Positions 1 through 9,050 of a stretch of DNA of 64,000 nt are shown here, piece after piece. The notes beneath the pieces were generated by a model. The model had not been told where the DNA came from. It ran no database searches and saw only the letters and a list, made by a program, of their open reading frames with translations. A program made the position numbers and the translations under genes. The stretch's first letter is position 1; each line of letters starts with the position of its first letter. Source of the DNA: Deltaproteobacteria bacterium (GTDB lineage Bacteria; Myxococcota_A; Polyangia; Polyangiales; Houyiibacteriaceae); assembly GCA_019313915.1 (NCBI GenBank), contig JAFDAJ010000010.1, positions 20,167 to 84,166 of the forward strand, written 5' to 3'.

Positions 1-247
1 GCATCCCGATTCGCGCCTCGTCGAGGAACATCTGTACGAAGTCGTTATCCTGCTCGAAGTGCGGCAGAATCCGTTTCACCACCATGAAGCGGTGGTCACC
101 GTCGGTGTTGGCGTGACGCGTGAGAAGAATTTCGGCCATGCCACCGAGCGCGAGGCGCCCAAGGACGTCATAGCCGGCGAACTTTCCGAGAACCGGAAGG
201 TCGACTGGTGGCCTGGGTATATCGCTGGTTGCGGCTTCTTGCGTCAC
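1..247 (-). CDS. Ser/Thr protein kinase, N-terminal fragment (gene runs off the left edge)
   Basis: Hand translation of the minus strand from GTG 247..245, with an in-frame TAG just upstream. It gives VTQEAATSDIPRPPVDLPVLGKFAGYDVLGRLALGGMAEILLTRH..FMVVKRILPHF..FLDEARIG. This shows a Hanks-kinase glycine loop (LGxGGMAE) and the VxxK lysine strand. The ORF is absent from the track because it is cut by the window edge. Confidence 0.7.
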   Translation of the reverse strand, partial: MTQEAATSDIPRPPVDLPVLGKFAGYDVLGRLALGGMAEILLTRHANTDGDHRFMVVKRILPHFEQDNDFVQMFLDEARIGM

Positions 248-363
248 TTCGTCCTAATCCCCCCGAAGGAAAGTGTCACAGCGCACAGCATAGCGGCTCC
301 AAAGAGCCATCGCCTACTTAGGGAGGCGAAAACTGTGAACAAGCTGGCGAGATGTGGGGTTTC

Positions 364-1542
364 TCACAAAATGCGTTCGATGCGGCCGAGCTCACGGCAC
401 ATGTTTTTCTGGTGCGCTTCGATCGTGCCGCCACCGATCTCGAGGAGCTTCGCGTCCCTCCACAATCGCTCGACGGCGTACTCGGCGACGTAGCCATAGC
501 CGCCGAGGACTTGAATCGCGCGGTCGGCTACATCCTTGCCCATCGTCGAGGTGAACAGCTTCACGCCGTCGGAGTCGAGACGGTGGCCCGGGGTGTCCAA
601 GCTCATCACTGAGGCCGTGTGGTAGGTGTAGGCGCGGCCCGCCATGTACTCCGCGTACGACTGCGAGATATAGCGTTGGATCTGGCCGAAATCGCGTAGC
701 GGCTTGCCAAAGGAAGAGCGCTCGCTCGCATAGCGATTCATCACTTCGATCGATCGTCGTGCGATCCCCAGGCTCATTCCCGCGAGAGTCACGCGCTCGA
801 GCTCGAGGTTTCGCATCATGTGAAGCGTCGCGGCGCCTTCGGAGCCCACCAGGTTCTCCGCGGGAACTCGGCAATCCTCGAACACGAGCTCGGCCGTGGT
901 CGACGCGCGCATCCCGAGTTTTCCCTTGATCTTCTGCCCGAGGCTGAACCCGGCGAATCCCTTCTCCACGATGAACATCGAAAGCTGGTTGCGTGGACTG
1001 CCTTCCACCCGGGCGTACACCAGGAACGTGTCGCCCAGCTCGTTGTCGCTCACGGCTCCATTGGTGATCCACATCTTGGTGCCGTTGAGCACGTAAGCGT
1101 CCCCTTTACGGACCGCCGTGGTCTGCATGCCGAGCACGTCCGTACCCGCCCCGGGCTCGGTCATGCACATGCCGCAAACCTTCTTGCCGGTGCACGCGTC
1201 GGGCAGGTACTTGCTCCGCTGCTCGTCGTTACCGTTGATCTGAAGGTTGTTGGCAAAGAGCATCGAGTGCGCGAGATACGCCAAAGCGAATCCCGGGTCG
1301 GCGGCCGAAAGTTCCTCATGTGCGATCACCGCGGCGACCGGATCCAAGCCCGCGCCTCCGAAACGTTCCTCGACGGTGATCCCGAGAAGACCGAGCTCAC
1401 CGAGCTTCACGAAGAGCTCGATGTTGAACCGCTCCTCGTGGTCTGATGCCTCGGCTTGCGGGTCGACTTCTCTTTCGGTGAACGAACGGACGAGCTCGCG
1501 AAGCGCGCGGTGCTCCGGAGATGGGTTGAAGAGATCAGTCAC
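364..1542 (-). CDS. acyl-CoA dehydrogenase, isovaleryl-CoA dehydrogenase-like
   Basis: 392-aa ORF with a GTG start and full ACAD architecture (GMCMTEPGAGTD, MWITNG, VLGGYGY, EIGGGT). Overall it resembles IVD/LiuA-type enzymes. Confidence 0.9.
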   Translation of the reverse strand: MTDLFNPSPEHRALRELVRSFTEREVDPQAEASDHEERFNIELFVKLGELGLLGITVEERFGGAGLDPVAAVIAHEELSAADPGFALAYLAHSMLFANNLQINGNDEQRSKYLPDACTGKKVCGMCMTEPGAGTDVLGMQTTAVRKGDAYVLNGTKMWITNGAVSDNELGDTFLVYARVEGSPRNQLSMFIVEKGFAGFSLGQKIKGKLGMRASTTAELVFEDCRVPAENLVGSEGAATLHMMRNLELERVTLAGMSLGIARRSIEVMNRYASERSSFGKPLRDFGQIQRYISQSYAEYMAGRAYTYHTASVMSLDTPGHRLDSDGVKLFTSTMGKDVADRAIQVLGGYGYVAEYAVERLWRDAKLLEIGGGTIEAHQKNMCRELGRIERIL

Positions 1543-1571
1543 CTCGCGGGCCTAACATGCGAGCCCCTTGA

Positions 1572-1635
1572 TCGGAAGTCGACCTCGGAAGTCGACCTCG
1601 GAAGTCGACCTCGGAAGCCGACCTCGGAAGCGGCC
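1572..1635. repeat. 13-bp tandem repeat TCGGAAGTCGACC, 4 copies plus a partial fifth
   Basis: Read directly: copies start at 1572, 1585, 1598 and 1611 (the last has T>C), with a partial copy at 1624. Each copy carries a GTCGAC palindrome. The array fills the gap between the TetR stop (1639) and the ACAD start (1542). A period of 13 is not a multiple of 3, so it is non-coding. Confidence 0.9.
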
Positions 1636-1638
1636 TTC

Positions 1639-2244
1639 TCAGGCGGCGTCTGCGACCGGCGAGGTCGAGACAAGGCCAGTGACGATAGCGCGAGAAGCGG
1701 TGGCCGTGGCCCGGTCGAGGTCGAGGACCCGGCCGTCGAGATAGGCCTCGGCCAGACCGAACACGATGCTGACCAGCAACTCCGCATAGACCGCCGCATC
1801 GGACGGCGCGACCTCGGGGTTCACCTGAACGACGATCTGGCGCATCCGCTCACGGAAGCTTCCCGTGAGCACGCTCCAGCGCCGGCCCAGTGCGGAGGTT
1901 TGGTCCCGGCGATTGCGGAGGAAGACTTCGGCCACTTTGCGGTCCCGGACGAGCGAGCGCGTGCATTTCCGCACGGCTTCTTCGAGCACATCGGCGGCTC
2001 GGTCGAGCTCGGCCGATGCCTCCGGGTCGAGGCCGGGGCTGAGCTCCTGCGCGACCCACTCGGCCACCTGCTCGAGTGCCTGATCCATGCTTCGGAAATG
2101 CACATAGAAGGTTGGCTGCGCCACCCCGGCGAGCTCTGCGACTCGTCCCGTTGTCAGGGTGCCGTATCCGTACCGCTGGATCGTTTTGAGAACCGCCTGA
2201 AGAAGGCGATGCCGCGTACGTTCCTTGTTGATTTGGCGTGACAT
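1639..2244 (-). CDS. TetR family transcriptional regulator
   Basis: The N-terminal HTH (GYGTLTTGRVAELAGVAQPTFYVHFRS) is typical of TetR. I start at the ATG of MSRQINKERTRHRLL (2244) rather than at the track start of 2280. Confidence 0.85.
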   Translation of the reverse strand: MSRQINKERTRHRLLQAVLKTIQRYGYGTLTTGRVAELAGVAQPTFYVHFRSMDQALEQVAEWVAQELSPGLDPEASAELDRAADVLEEAVRKCTRSLVRDRKVAEVFLRNRRDQTSALGRRWSVLTGSFRERMRQIVVQVNPEVAPSDAAVYAELLVSIVFGLAEAYLDGRVLDLDRATATASRAIVTGLVSTSPVADAA

Positions 2245-2365
2245 GCCGTTCGTGTAGCAGTCGAACCCACGTCGTTCCATCGAAAGTTCGGCCGCGCTCG
2301 TGCTAAATTACGTAAAGGAGACAAAGGCACACTTGGGCAGGCGCAGAAATTGCGCGCGGGTCACC

Positions 2366-3424
2366 ATGAGCGAGCGGCTGGAACTACAGACAGAGTCGAC
2401 ATCCAACACGGGGTTTGCACCGGGTTGGTACACGATTGCGGCCAGTAAAGAGGTGGGATCGAAGCCCAAACCGTTTTTGTTGAACGGATTACCAATCGTT
2501 ACGTTTCGTGACTCGAGCGGACAAAGTGTCGCACTTCTGGATCGCTGCGCGCATCGTAACGCCCCGCTGTCGGCCGGGCGCATCATCGATGGGAACATCC
2601 AGTGCCACTACCATGGATGGCAGTTCGACGGCGCGGGCTCATGCAAAGCAGTGCCTGGTTTGTGCGGTGAGCCCGATCATGCGGCGCGCCGCGTGCCGTC
2701 CTTTGCATGTCGTGATTCGCAAGGTTGGGTCTGGGTCTACTCCGAAGCGGACGTTCAGCCGGATTCGGAGCCGTACGAGATTCCCTTCGCGGATCATCCC
2801 GGATACTTCACGGTTCGAGAGCGGCTCGAGATGCCGGGACCTCTCGATGCCGTGGCCGAGAACGCATTGGACGTTCCGCACACCGCCTTCGTGCATGCCG
2901 GTCTCTTCCGTAAGAACAAGGATCGCCAACAGATCGAAGTCGTCATTCGAGCGCTGGACGGCGGCGCTGAAGCGCAGTTTATCGGCGAGCAACGGCCGGA
3001 AGGGTTGGCGGGCCGCATCCTGGCGCCGCAGGGCGGCGAAGTCTTTCATTGGGACCGCTTCCTTCTCCCATGCATCGCACAAGTGGAGTACCGACTGAGT
3101 GATCGCAATCACATCATCGCCACCACCGCGCTAACGCCCCGCACACCGACCGTCACGGACCTCTTCGCCACGGTGGCCGTCAGAGTCCCTATTCCAAATG
3201 CGATTCTGCGAGCGGTCGTCAAGCCGCTAGCCATGCGCATCTTGCGGCAAGACATGGAGATCCTCCGGCGCCAAACCGAACAGGTGGCGCGCTTCGGCGG
3301 CGAGCAGTTCGCATCGACCGAGATCGACGTGCTCGGGCTCCGCATCAAGAAGCTTCTTCGCGAAGCCTCTAGCGGAAGGGGGAGCACTGCCCAAGAGGAG
3401 CGCCGAATCAAAATGCTCGTTTGA
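2366..3424 (+). CDS. Rieske [2Fe-2S] domain oxygenase (PaO/ring-hydroxylating-like)
   Basis: Rieske motif CAHRNAPLS...CHYHGWQF (CxH..CxxH) with a C-terminal oxygenase-like domain. It is divergent from the TetR gene. The start is uncertain: ATG 2366, or in-frame TTG 2333 behind an AAGGAG. Confidence 0.8.
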   Translation: MSERLELQTESTSNTGFAPGWYTIAASKEVGSKPKPFLLNGLPIVTFRDSSGQSVALLDRCAHRNAPLSAGRIIDGNIQCHYHGWQFDGAGSCKAVPGLCGEPDHAARRVPSFACRDSQGWVWVYSEADVQPDSEPYEIPFADHPGYFTVRERLEMPGPLDAVAENALDVPHTAFVHAGLFRKNKDRQQIEVVIRALDGGAEAQFIGEQRPEGLAGRILAPQGGEVFHWDRFLLPCIAQVEYRLSDRNHIIATTALTPRTPTVTDLFATVAVRVPIPNAILRAVVKPLAMRILRQDMEILRRQTEQVARFGGEQFASTEIDVLGLRIKKLLREASSGRGSTAQEERRIKMLV

Positions 3425-3450
3425 CGCCGATTGGTGTACCCTCATGAACA

Positions 3451-4680
3451 ATGGGGCCAGAGGACAAGAAGGGCTCGACCTACTTGATCAAGAACGCACC
3501 TTCCGACCGCGTCGATGCGCCGAGTCCCAGCGACGGTCCGAAGTCCGCGCCTCCTGGTTCTGAACCACCGGGGTCGGAAGCTCCTGACGGCCGCTGGCGG
3601 ACCTCCAGTCCGCCCCCTGGAGAGAGCCTCGAAGCCAAATGGTGGCCCGACCGCGAGCTCGGCAAGGCGTTTCGACGGTGGACGGGAATCCCACCGGCCC
3701 GCGGCGACCACGCGCGAGCGGTCGCCATGAAGTTCTTGGTCGAACGATTGAACGTCGGTGGGCTGACCGCCGTTGGGTCGGCACCCAGAACGCCGTTGCC
3801 CATCGTCGAGCCGCCAGACTTCGCCGCCCGCGTCCGCACCATGGCCGTCCAGCTCGGGATGCACGGCCCGAACGAAGAAGCACCCGAGCACACCGCTCTG
3901 CTGGCGATGGGTGAAGACGTCCTGCCGATCTTGCGAGACTTCTTTCCCGGAAGGCTGTGGTTCAACCGCTGGGAGCCGCACGTGCAGCCTCCACGGGGCG
4001 GGAGCGTCTCCGGCCTGTGCAGAACCCTGGTGGCGTTTGGCAACCGCGCCGCGCCCTACATCGTCGAGCTCCTCAAGTCGGAAGACCCCGAAACCCGGTA
4101 CTACGCGACGCTCGTCGCGGCCGAGCTGCCCCACCCCGTTCTGGTCGAACCCCTAGCCGCGACCCTGTTCGACGACGACCAAGGTGTCTCGAGAAGCGCG
4201 CTCTATGCGCTAGAGGTCTTCGATGAACAGGAAGGCGTGGAAGGGCTCAAGGAGTCGCTGCGTGCTCTGGCCGTCGCATCTGACACGGACCAGCGCTCAC
4301 GCCTGCTCGCGATGCGCGCCCTTGCCGTTCTCCGCGATGAACAATGCGTCGAGGCGCTCATCTCGGCGCTGTCGGAGCGAAGCGTTCTCGGTGAGGCCGC
4401 ATGGCGCGTGTTGCGCATGCTCACCGCGCAAGACTTCGGTGACCGTGAGCCAGATTGGCGCACTTGGTTTTCCGACAACGCCGGACGTTCGCGTGTGGAG
4501 TGGCTCATCGACAGCCTAGATCACGAGGACCCTGAGATTCGCGCAATCGCCAGCCGCGATCTCCTTCGCGCATCGGCCCAGGACTACGGCTACCGAGTGA
4601 ACATGCCGCGCGACGATCGCAGAGCGATCCGGGAGCGATACCGGCTGTGGTGGTCAGGCCGGAACGACTCGGGCAACTAG
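3451..4680 (+). CDS. HEAT-repeat protein, function unknown
   Basis: 409-aa ORF with repeated HEAT-like units (LLKSEDPETRYYA, LDHEDPEIRAIA, RSRLLAMRALAVL) and a Pro/Ser-rich N-terminus. Confidence 0.6.
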   Translation: MGPEDKKGSTYLIKNAPSDRVDAPSPSDGPKSAPPGSEPPGSEAPDGRWRTSSPPPGESLEAKWWPDRELGKAFRRWTGIPPARGDHARAVAMKFLVERLNVGGLTAVGSAPRTPLPIVEPPDFAARVRTMAVQLGMHGPNEEAPEHTALLAMGEDVLPILRDFFPGRLWFNRWEPHVQPPRGGSVSGLCRTLVAFGNRAAPYIVELLKSEDPETRYYATLVAAELPHPVLVEPLAATLFDDDQGVSRSALYALEVFDEQEGVEGLKESLRALAVASDTDQRSRLLAMRALAVLRDEQCVEALISALSERSVLGEAAWRVLRMLTAQDFGDREPDWRTWFSDNAGRSRVEWLIDSLDHEDPEIRAIASRDLLRASAQDYGYRVNMPRDDRRAIRERYRLWWSGRNDSGN

Positions 4681-4684
4681 GATG

Positions 4685-5104
4685 TCAGCCGAGTAGCTGT
4701 CCGGCGATCGAAGAGGCCTGCCTTCCATCGACCTGGCCGGGATAGCGCACCTTGAGCTCTTTCATGACCTTGCCGAGATCCCTCTTGCTCGACAGGCCTA
4801 ACTCTTCGATGATCCCGGCGATTGCATCGCGCGTTTCGCCTTCACTGAGCTGCTTCGGGAGGTAGCGCTCGATCACCTCGATCTCGGCTTGCTCTTTGTC
4901 GGCGAGATCCTGGCGGTCCCCCTCGACGTAGCTCTTGATGCTGTCGCGTCGCGATTTTACCGCGCGGGACAGAACGGCGATCACGTCCGGATTGTCGAGC
5001 GTCAGCAGCTCGGACTTGATCATGCGAAGGGTGTCGCGGGTCACCTCGTCGCGTTCGAGCATGGCCTTTTTGAGGTCGGCGTTGATCTGTTCCAGGAGTG
5101 CCAT
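4685..5104 (-). CDS. GatB/YqeY domain protein
   Basis: MALLEQINADLKKAMLERD..YLPKQLSEGE..DLGKVMKELKVRYPGQVDG matches YqeY-family proteins end to end. I start at ATG 5104. The longer track ORF overlaps the upstream gene. Confidence 0.85.
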   Translation of the reverse strand: MALLEQINADLKKAMLERDEVTRDTLRMIKSELLTLDNPDVIAVLSRAVKSRRDSIKSYVEGDRQDLADKEQAEIEVIERYLPKQLSEGETRDAIAGIIEELGLSSKRDLGKVMKELKVRYPGQVDGRQASSIAGQLLG

Positions 5105-5127
5105 GACCGAAGCCTGTGCGCGCCCGG

Positions 5128-6165
5128 CTAGCCGCGCAACGCCTCGATGACCCGCAACGCGTTGCCGCTGAGGATCTTCCGAATACGAACTTCGGACCAG
5201 CCTCGGTCCAGCATTTGCTGGACCACCCGCGGAAGGGCCCAAAGTCCCGGCACGTCTTTCGGCGGCGTGATCGCCCCGTCGAAGTCCGTGCCGATGGAGG
5301 CATGGTCCTCTCCGACGGTGTCTACGATGTGGGCAAGGTGATCGACCATGGTGCCGGCGGTGACAGGGCGTCGCCCTAGGAACGCGGCCTGCAACATGAC
5401 CCCGACGGTGCCGCCCGTGTCCGCCACGACTCGCAACTGCTCGTCGGTGATGTTTCGCCAGTGCTCATAGACGCCGGCCAGTCCCGTGTGCGTGACGCAC
5501 AGCGGCTGAGTCTTGTCGTGCACCTCGGCGGCGTCGAAAAAACCTTTACGGCTGATGTGCGCGAGGTCGACCGCGACGCGAAGATCGTTTAGCCGCTCGA
5601 CGTACGCCCGGCCGAGGTCGGTCAGCCCGGCGCTGCGCCTCGACCCTGGCGCGCTGGATGCGCCGAGCCGCGATGACGTCAGGTGCATGAGCGTGACGAA
5701 CAGTACGGAACCGTCGGCGATGGCATCTAGCGCCTCGATACTCTCGTCGAGCGCATTGCCGCCTTGAATCCCGATGAAGGCGGCGTGGCCGCCCGCAGCC
5801 CGCGCAGCACGGAACTCTCGCGCTGTGCGAACGTGTGTGATCCCGGGCGCACTCTCAATCAAGGAGCGGAGGGCTTGAAGGTTCTTCTCGAAGGCACGCA
5901 CCCGACTGCCTGCGGACCGCAGGGGATTGGTGGTGATGAACCACGCGCCGCCGCCGAGGCCGGTCTCACGCGCCGTGGGGAAGTCCGCATGGCCGAAAAA
6001 GCTCCGCCCGAAGAACCCGCCTCGGTGCGCCCGATTGAGGTCGTAGCCAAAGACACGATGCCAAATGAAGGACTCGAGGTGGAGGTCGATGACATCCGCA
6101 CTGCGGAACAGCTCGACCGCCTCTTCGCTGACTCCGAGCTCTTGTGCCGTGTGGGTAACGTCCAT
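5128..6165 (-). CDS. membrane dipeptidase (peptidase M19 family)
   Basis: Conserved M19 blocks are present: DLHLESF, VTLMHLTS, CVTHTG, GGTVGV, IGTDFDG and LSGNALRV. Confidence 0.85.
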   Translation of the reverse strand: MDVTHTAQELGVSEEAVELFRSADVIDLHLESFIWHRVFGYDLNRAHRGGFFGRSFFGHADFPTARETGLGGGAWFITTNPLRSAGSRVRAFEKNLQALRSLIESAPGITHVRTAREFRAARAAGGHAAFIGIQGGNALDESIEALDAIADGSVLFVTLMHLTSSRLGASSAPGSRRSAGLTDLGRAYVERLNDLRVAVDLAHISRKGFFDAAEVHDKTQPLCVTHTGLAGVYEHWRNITDEQLRVVADTGGTVGVMLQAAFLGRRPVTAGTMVDHLAHIVDTVGEDHASIGTDFDGAITPPKDVPGLWALPRVVQQMLDRGWSEVRIRKILSGNALRVIEALRG

Positions 6166-6451
6166 CGGAACGCTTCCCTAACACGGCCCGGAGGGGATCG
6201 CTGTGATTCCGGTCAGTTGGCCGAAAATCGCCTAGAATCGATTTGTAAAGCGGTTGTAAATGCTTGTTTTTGCACGGGTTCAGTTGACTTGTGGGTACTC
6301 ACCACCCACAGTGATCCTTCCCGGCTAGTTAACTTGTAAACAGCTGAGGAAGAGAAAGGACAAGAGATGTTGTCGTCGACCACAGCAGCGGCGAGCGGCA
6401 AATCCTCGGATTTGCTGAGCTCACGCTCGATCAAACACGTGGTGGTTCTCG

Positions 6452-7630
6452 GTGCCAATGGCGCACGGCGGGCTCGCCGCAGCGGTGAAGATGGTGCGGT
6501 CGAGCACCGTGGGCAGCCGGGTCGATACCGGAAGCTACGATGACGACTTCGATCGCGTGGTCGCGGAAGCCGACCTGATCTTCGAGGCCGTGACCGAGCA
6601 GCTCGACCTAAAGCAGCAGTTCTTCGACCGCATCGACAAGGTGCGCCGCCCGGATTCGATCGTCGCCACCGTTACCTCGGGGCTGTCGATCAACCAGCTT
6701 GCCGAAGGCCGCAGCGAGTCCTTCCGGAAGAACTTTCTCGGCTTGCACTTCTTCAACCCACCGAACGTCATCGTCGGCACGGAGCTGGTCGCCGGCAAGG
6801 ATACCGACCCGAAGCTCGTCGACTTCATAGACGCGTACTGCACGAAGCTCCTCGGACGCGCGATGGTGCGAACGGCGGACACGGCAGGCTTCGCGGGCAA
6901 TCGAGTCGGATTCAAGCTGCTCAACGAATGCGCGATTCTCGCCGAGGAGCACGGGCCGCTTCTGATCGACGAGCTCGTGGGTCCGTACACGGGCCGCGCA
7001 CTGACGCCGCTGGCAACGGTCGACCTCGTCGGTTGGGACATCCACCGCGCAATCGTCGATAACATTTACGAGCTTGCTCCGGATGAGGCGCACGAGACGC
7101 TGAAGCTTCCGGGATACATGGCTGATTTGATGGCAAAGGGTGTGCTTGGTCGCAAGACCGGCGGCGGCTTCTTCGGCAAGGATGACGCAGGCGGGCAAAT
7201 CGTCCTCGACCCGAAGACCCAAAACTACGTGGCGAAGGCGTCGATCTCACGACCGGATCTCAGCTTCATCGACGAGATTTCGAACCTGCACCGTGTTGGC
7301 CGCTACGTGGACGGCATGCGCGCTTTTGCGGAGGCCACCGGGCCGTACGCGGCAATCGCACAGAAGGTGATCGCCGGGTACATCAGCTACTCGTTCAATC
7401 GAGTTGGCGAGGTCACCGACGACATCTCCGGCATCGACCGCATCATGGGCTATGGCTTCAACTGGGCGCCACCGAGCGTCTTGGTCGACACAATCGGCCT
7501 GAAGCGAACCATTCAGATGATCGAAAAGGCTGGCCTTGCCGTGCCGCCCGCACTTGCAAACGCCCAAGAGGGCACAACGTTCTTCGATGACCCTCAGGTC
7601 AACGTGGGTAAGTTCTTCGTCGCTGCGTGA
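6452..7630 (+). CDS. 3-hydroxyacyl-CoA dehydrogenase family protein (5' end disrupted, see findings)
   Basis: HADH core blocks are present: ADLIFEAVTEQLDLKQ, TSGLSI, HFFNPP, AGFAGNRVGF and LATVDLVGWD. The expected N-terminal beta-strand and Gly loop (IKHVVVLGANG) are encoded upstream in another frame, from ATG 6367. Confidence 0.75.
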   Translation: MPMAHGGLAAAVKMVRSSTVGSRVDTGSYDDDFDRVVAEADLIFEAVTEQLDLKQQFFDRIDKVRRPDSIVATVTSGLSINQLAEGRSESFRKNFLGLHFFNPPNVIVGTELVAGKDTDPKLVDFIDAYCTKLLGRAMVRTADTAGFAGNRVGFKLLNECAILAEEHGPLLIDELVGPYTGRALTPLATVDLVGWDIHRAIVDNIYELAPDEAHETLKLPGYMADLMAKGVLGRKTGGGFFGKDDAGGQIVLDPKTQNYVAKASISRPDLSFIDEISNLHRVGRYVDGMRAFAEATGPYAAIAQKVIAGYISYSFNRVGEVTDDISGIDRIMGYGFNWAPPSVLVDTIGLKRTIQMIEKAGLAVPPALANAQEGTTFFDDPQVNVGKFFVAA

Positions 7631-7652
7631 GCGAAAGGTTTTGGTAAGAAAA

Positions 7653-8888
7653 ATGGCACAGATTCCAGAAGTTTACGTTCTTGGCGGCTACCAGACGGAC
7701 TTTGCTCGTAACTGGAGCAAGGAGAAGAAGCACTTCGTCGCGATGATGCGCGAGGCGGTGCTTGGCGCGCTCGAAGAAACCCACATCGAACCCAGCGAGA
7801 TCGAGGTAGCCCACACCGGCAACTTCGCCGGAGAACTCTACAGCAAGCAGGGGCACCTCGGTGCGTTCTTCTTGGAGATCGATCCCGCGTTCAGCGGCAT
7901 TCCCACCGCACGCCACGAAGCGGCATGCGCGTCGGGTAGCATCGCGCTCCTCGCGGCCGCCGCCGAAATCGAAGCGCACCGATACGACCTGGCCTGCGTG
8001 GTGGGCGTTGAGCAGATGAAGACGGTCGGTCCCGGCGAGGGCGGCGATTTCCTCGGCACCGCGGCTTGGTACGAGCTCGAAGCCAAGGGCATCGAATTCC
8101 CGTTCCCCAAGCTCTTTGGAAAGCTCGGTGACGAGTACGACAAGCGCTACGGCATCAAGGACGAGCATCTCGCAGAGATCAGCACGATCAACTACGCGAA
8201 CGGGAAGCTCAACCCGAATGCGCAGACCCGCACCTGGTACATGAACTACGACCACGCGATGAGCCGTGACGAGTTCAACGGCAGCATCGGCGGCCGCATC
8301 CACATTTCGGACTGTTCTCAGGTCACCGACGGCGCGGCAGCCCTGCTCGTCGCCTCACCCGAGTACGCGAAGAAGTGGGCCGAGCGTGTCGGCGTCCCGC
8401 TCGAGTCGATCCCCCGCATCAAGGGTTGGGGTCACAACACGGCACGCATCCTCTTCGAGGACAAGATCGCCGAGAGCGCCAACTCCGAGTACATCCTGCC
8501 GCACGTTCGCAGCACGGTCACCTCGGCCCAGAAGCGCGCTGGCATCGCGAACACCAGCGGAATCGACGCGATCGAAACCCATGACTGCTTCACGACGTCT
8601 GAGTACATGGCGATCGACCACTTCGCGCTCACCGCCCCCGGTGAAAGCTGGAAAGCGATTGAGGAAGGGGTCATCGCCCTAGGCGGAAGCACCCCGATCA
8701 ACCCAAGCGGCGGCCTCATCGGTGCCGGCCACCCCGTCGGCGCCACCGGCGTCCGCCAAGTCCTCGACTGCCACAAACAAGTCGCCGGCACGGCAGGCGA
8801 CTACCAGGTAGAAGGCGCCAAGAACGTCCAAACCCTCAACATCGGCGGCTCCGGCACCACCAGCGTAAGCTTCGTCATCGGCACCTAG
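7653..8888 (+). CDS. thiolase-fold acetyl-CoA acyltransferase (SCP-x-type thiolase)
   Basis: Starts at ATG 7653 (MAQIPEVYVLGGYQTDF). It has the catalytic Cys block EAACASGS, ETHDCFT and GGLIGAGHPVGATG. Confidence 0.85.
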   Translation: MAQIPEVYVLGGYQTDFARNWSKEKKHFVAMMREAVLGALEETHIEPSEIEVAHTGNFAGELYSKQGHLGAFFLEIDPAFSGIPTARHEAACASGSIALLAAAAEIEAHRYDLACVVGVEQMKTVGPGEGGDFLGTAAWYELEAKGIEFPFPKLFGKLGDEYDKRYGIKDEHLAEISTINYANGKLNPNAQTRTWYMNYDHAMSRDEFNGSIGGRIHISDCSQVTDGAAALLVASPEYAKKWAERVGVPLESIPRIKGWGHNTARILFEDKIAESANSEYILPHVRSTVTSAQKRAGIANTSGIDAIETHDCFTTSEYMAIDHFALTAPGESWKAIEEGVIALGGSTPINPSGGLIGAGHPVGATGVRQVLDCHKQVAGTAGDYQVEGAKNVQTLNIGGSGTTSVSFVIGT

Positions 8889-8943
8889 GGACAGGATCCC
8901 CCCACCCAACCTACCGAAATCACGCTGGTTCTCAGCAAAGGAT

Positions 8944-8978
8944 CCCAGCGCCTCATTCGTCCAGGCGCTGGGTTTTCT
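8944..8978 (+). terminator. intrinsic terminator after the thiolase gene
   Basis: A 9-bp stem CCCAGCGCC/GGCGCTGGG with an 11-nt loop, followed by TTTTCT. Confidence 0.55.
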
Positions 8979-9050
8979 GCGCTGAACCCTCAAGGATCTC
9001 GGGGGGTTGGAGGGGTGGAACCTGTCCCCGCTGCATGTTAGGAGGGCGCC

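Noticed and set aside
6330-6341. The 12-mer TAACTTGTAAAC recurring as TAACTTGTGAAC at 43810-43821, both just upstream of + strand genes.
   Set aside because: A rough all-against-all estimate for about 5 kb of intergenic DNA predicts many 11/12 matches by chance, so a single pair is not evidence of a shared site.
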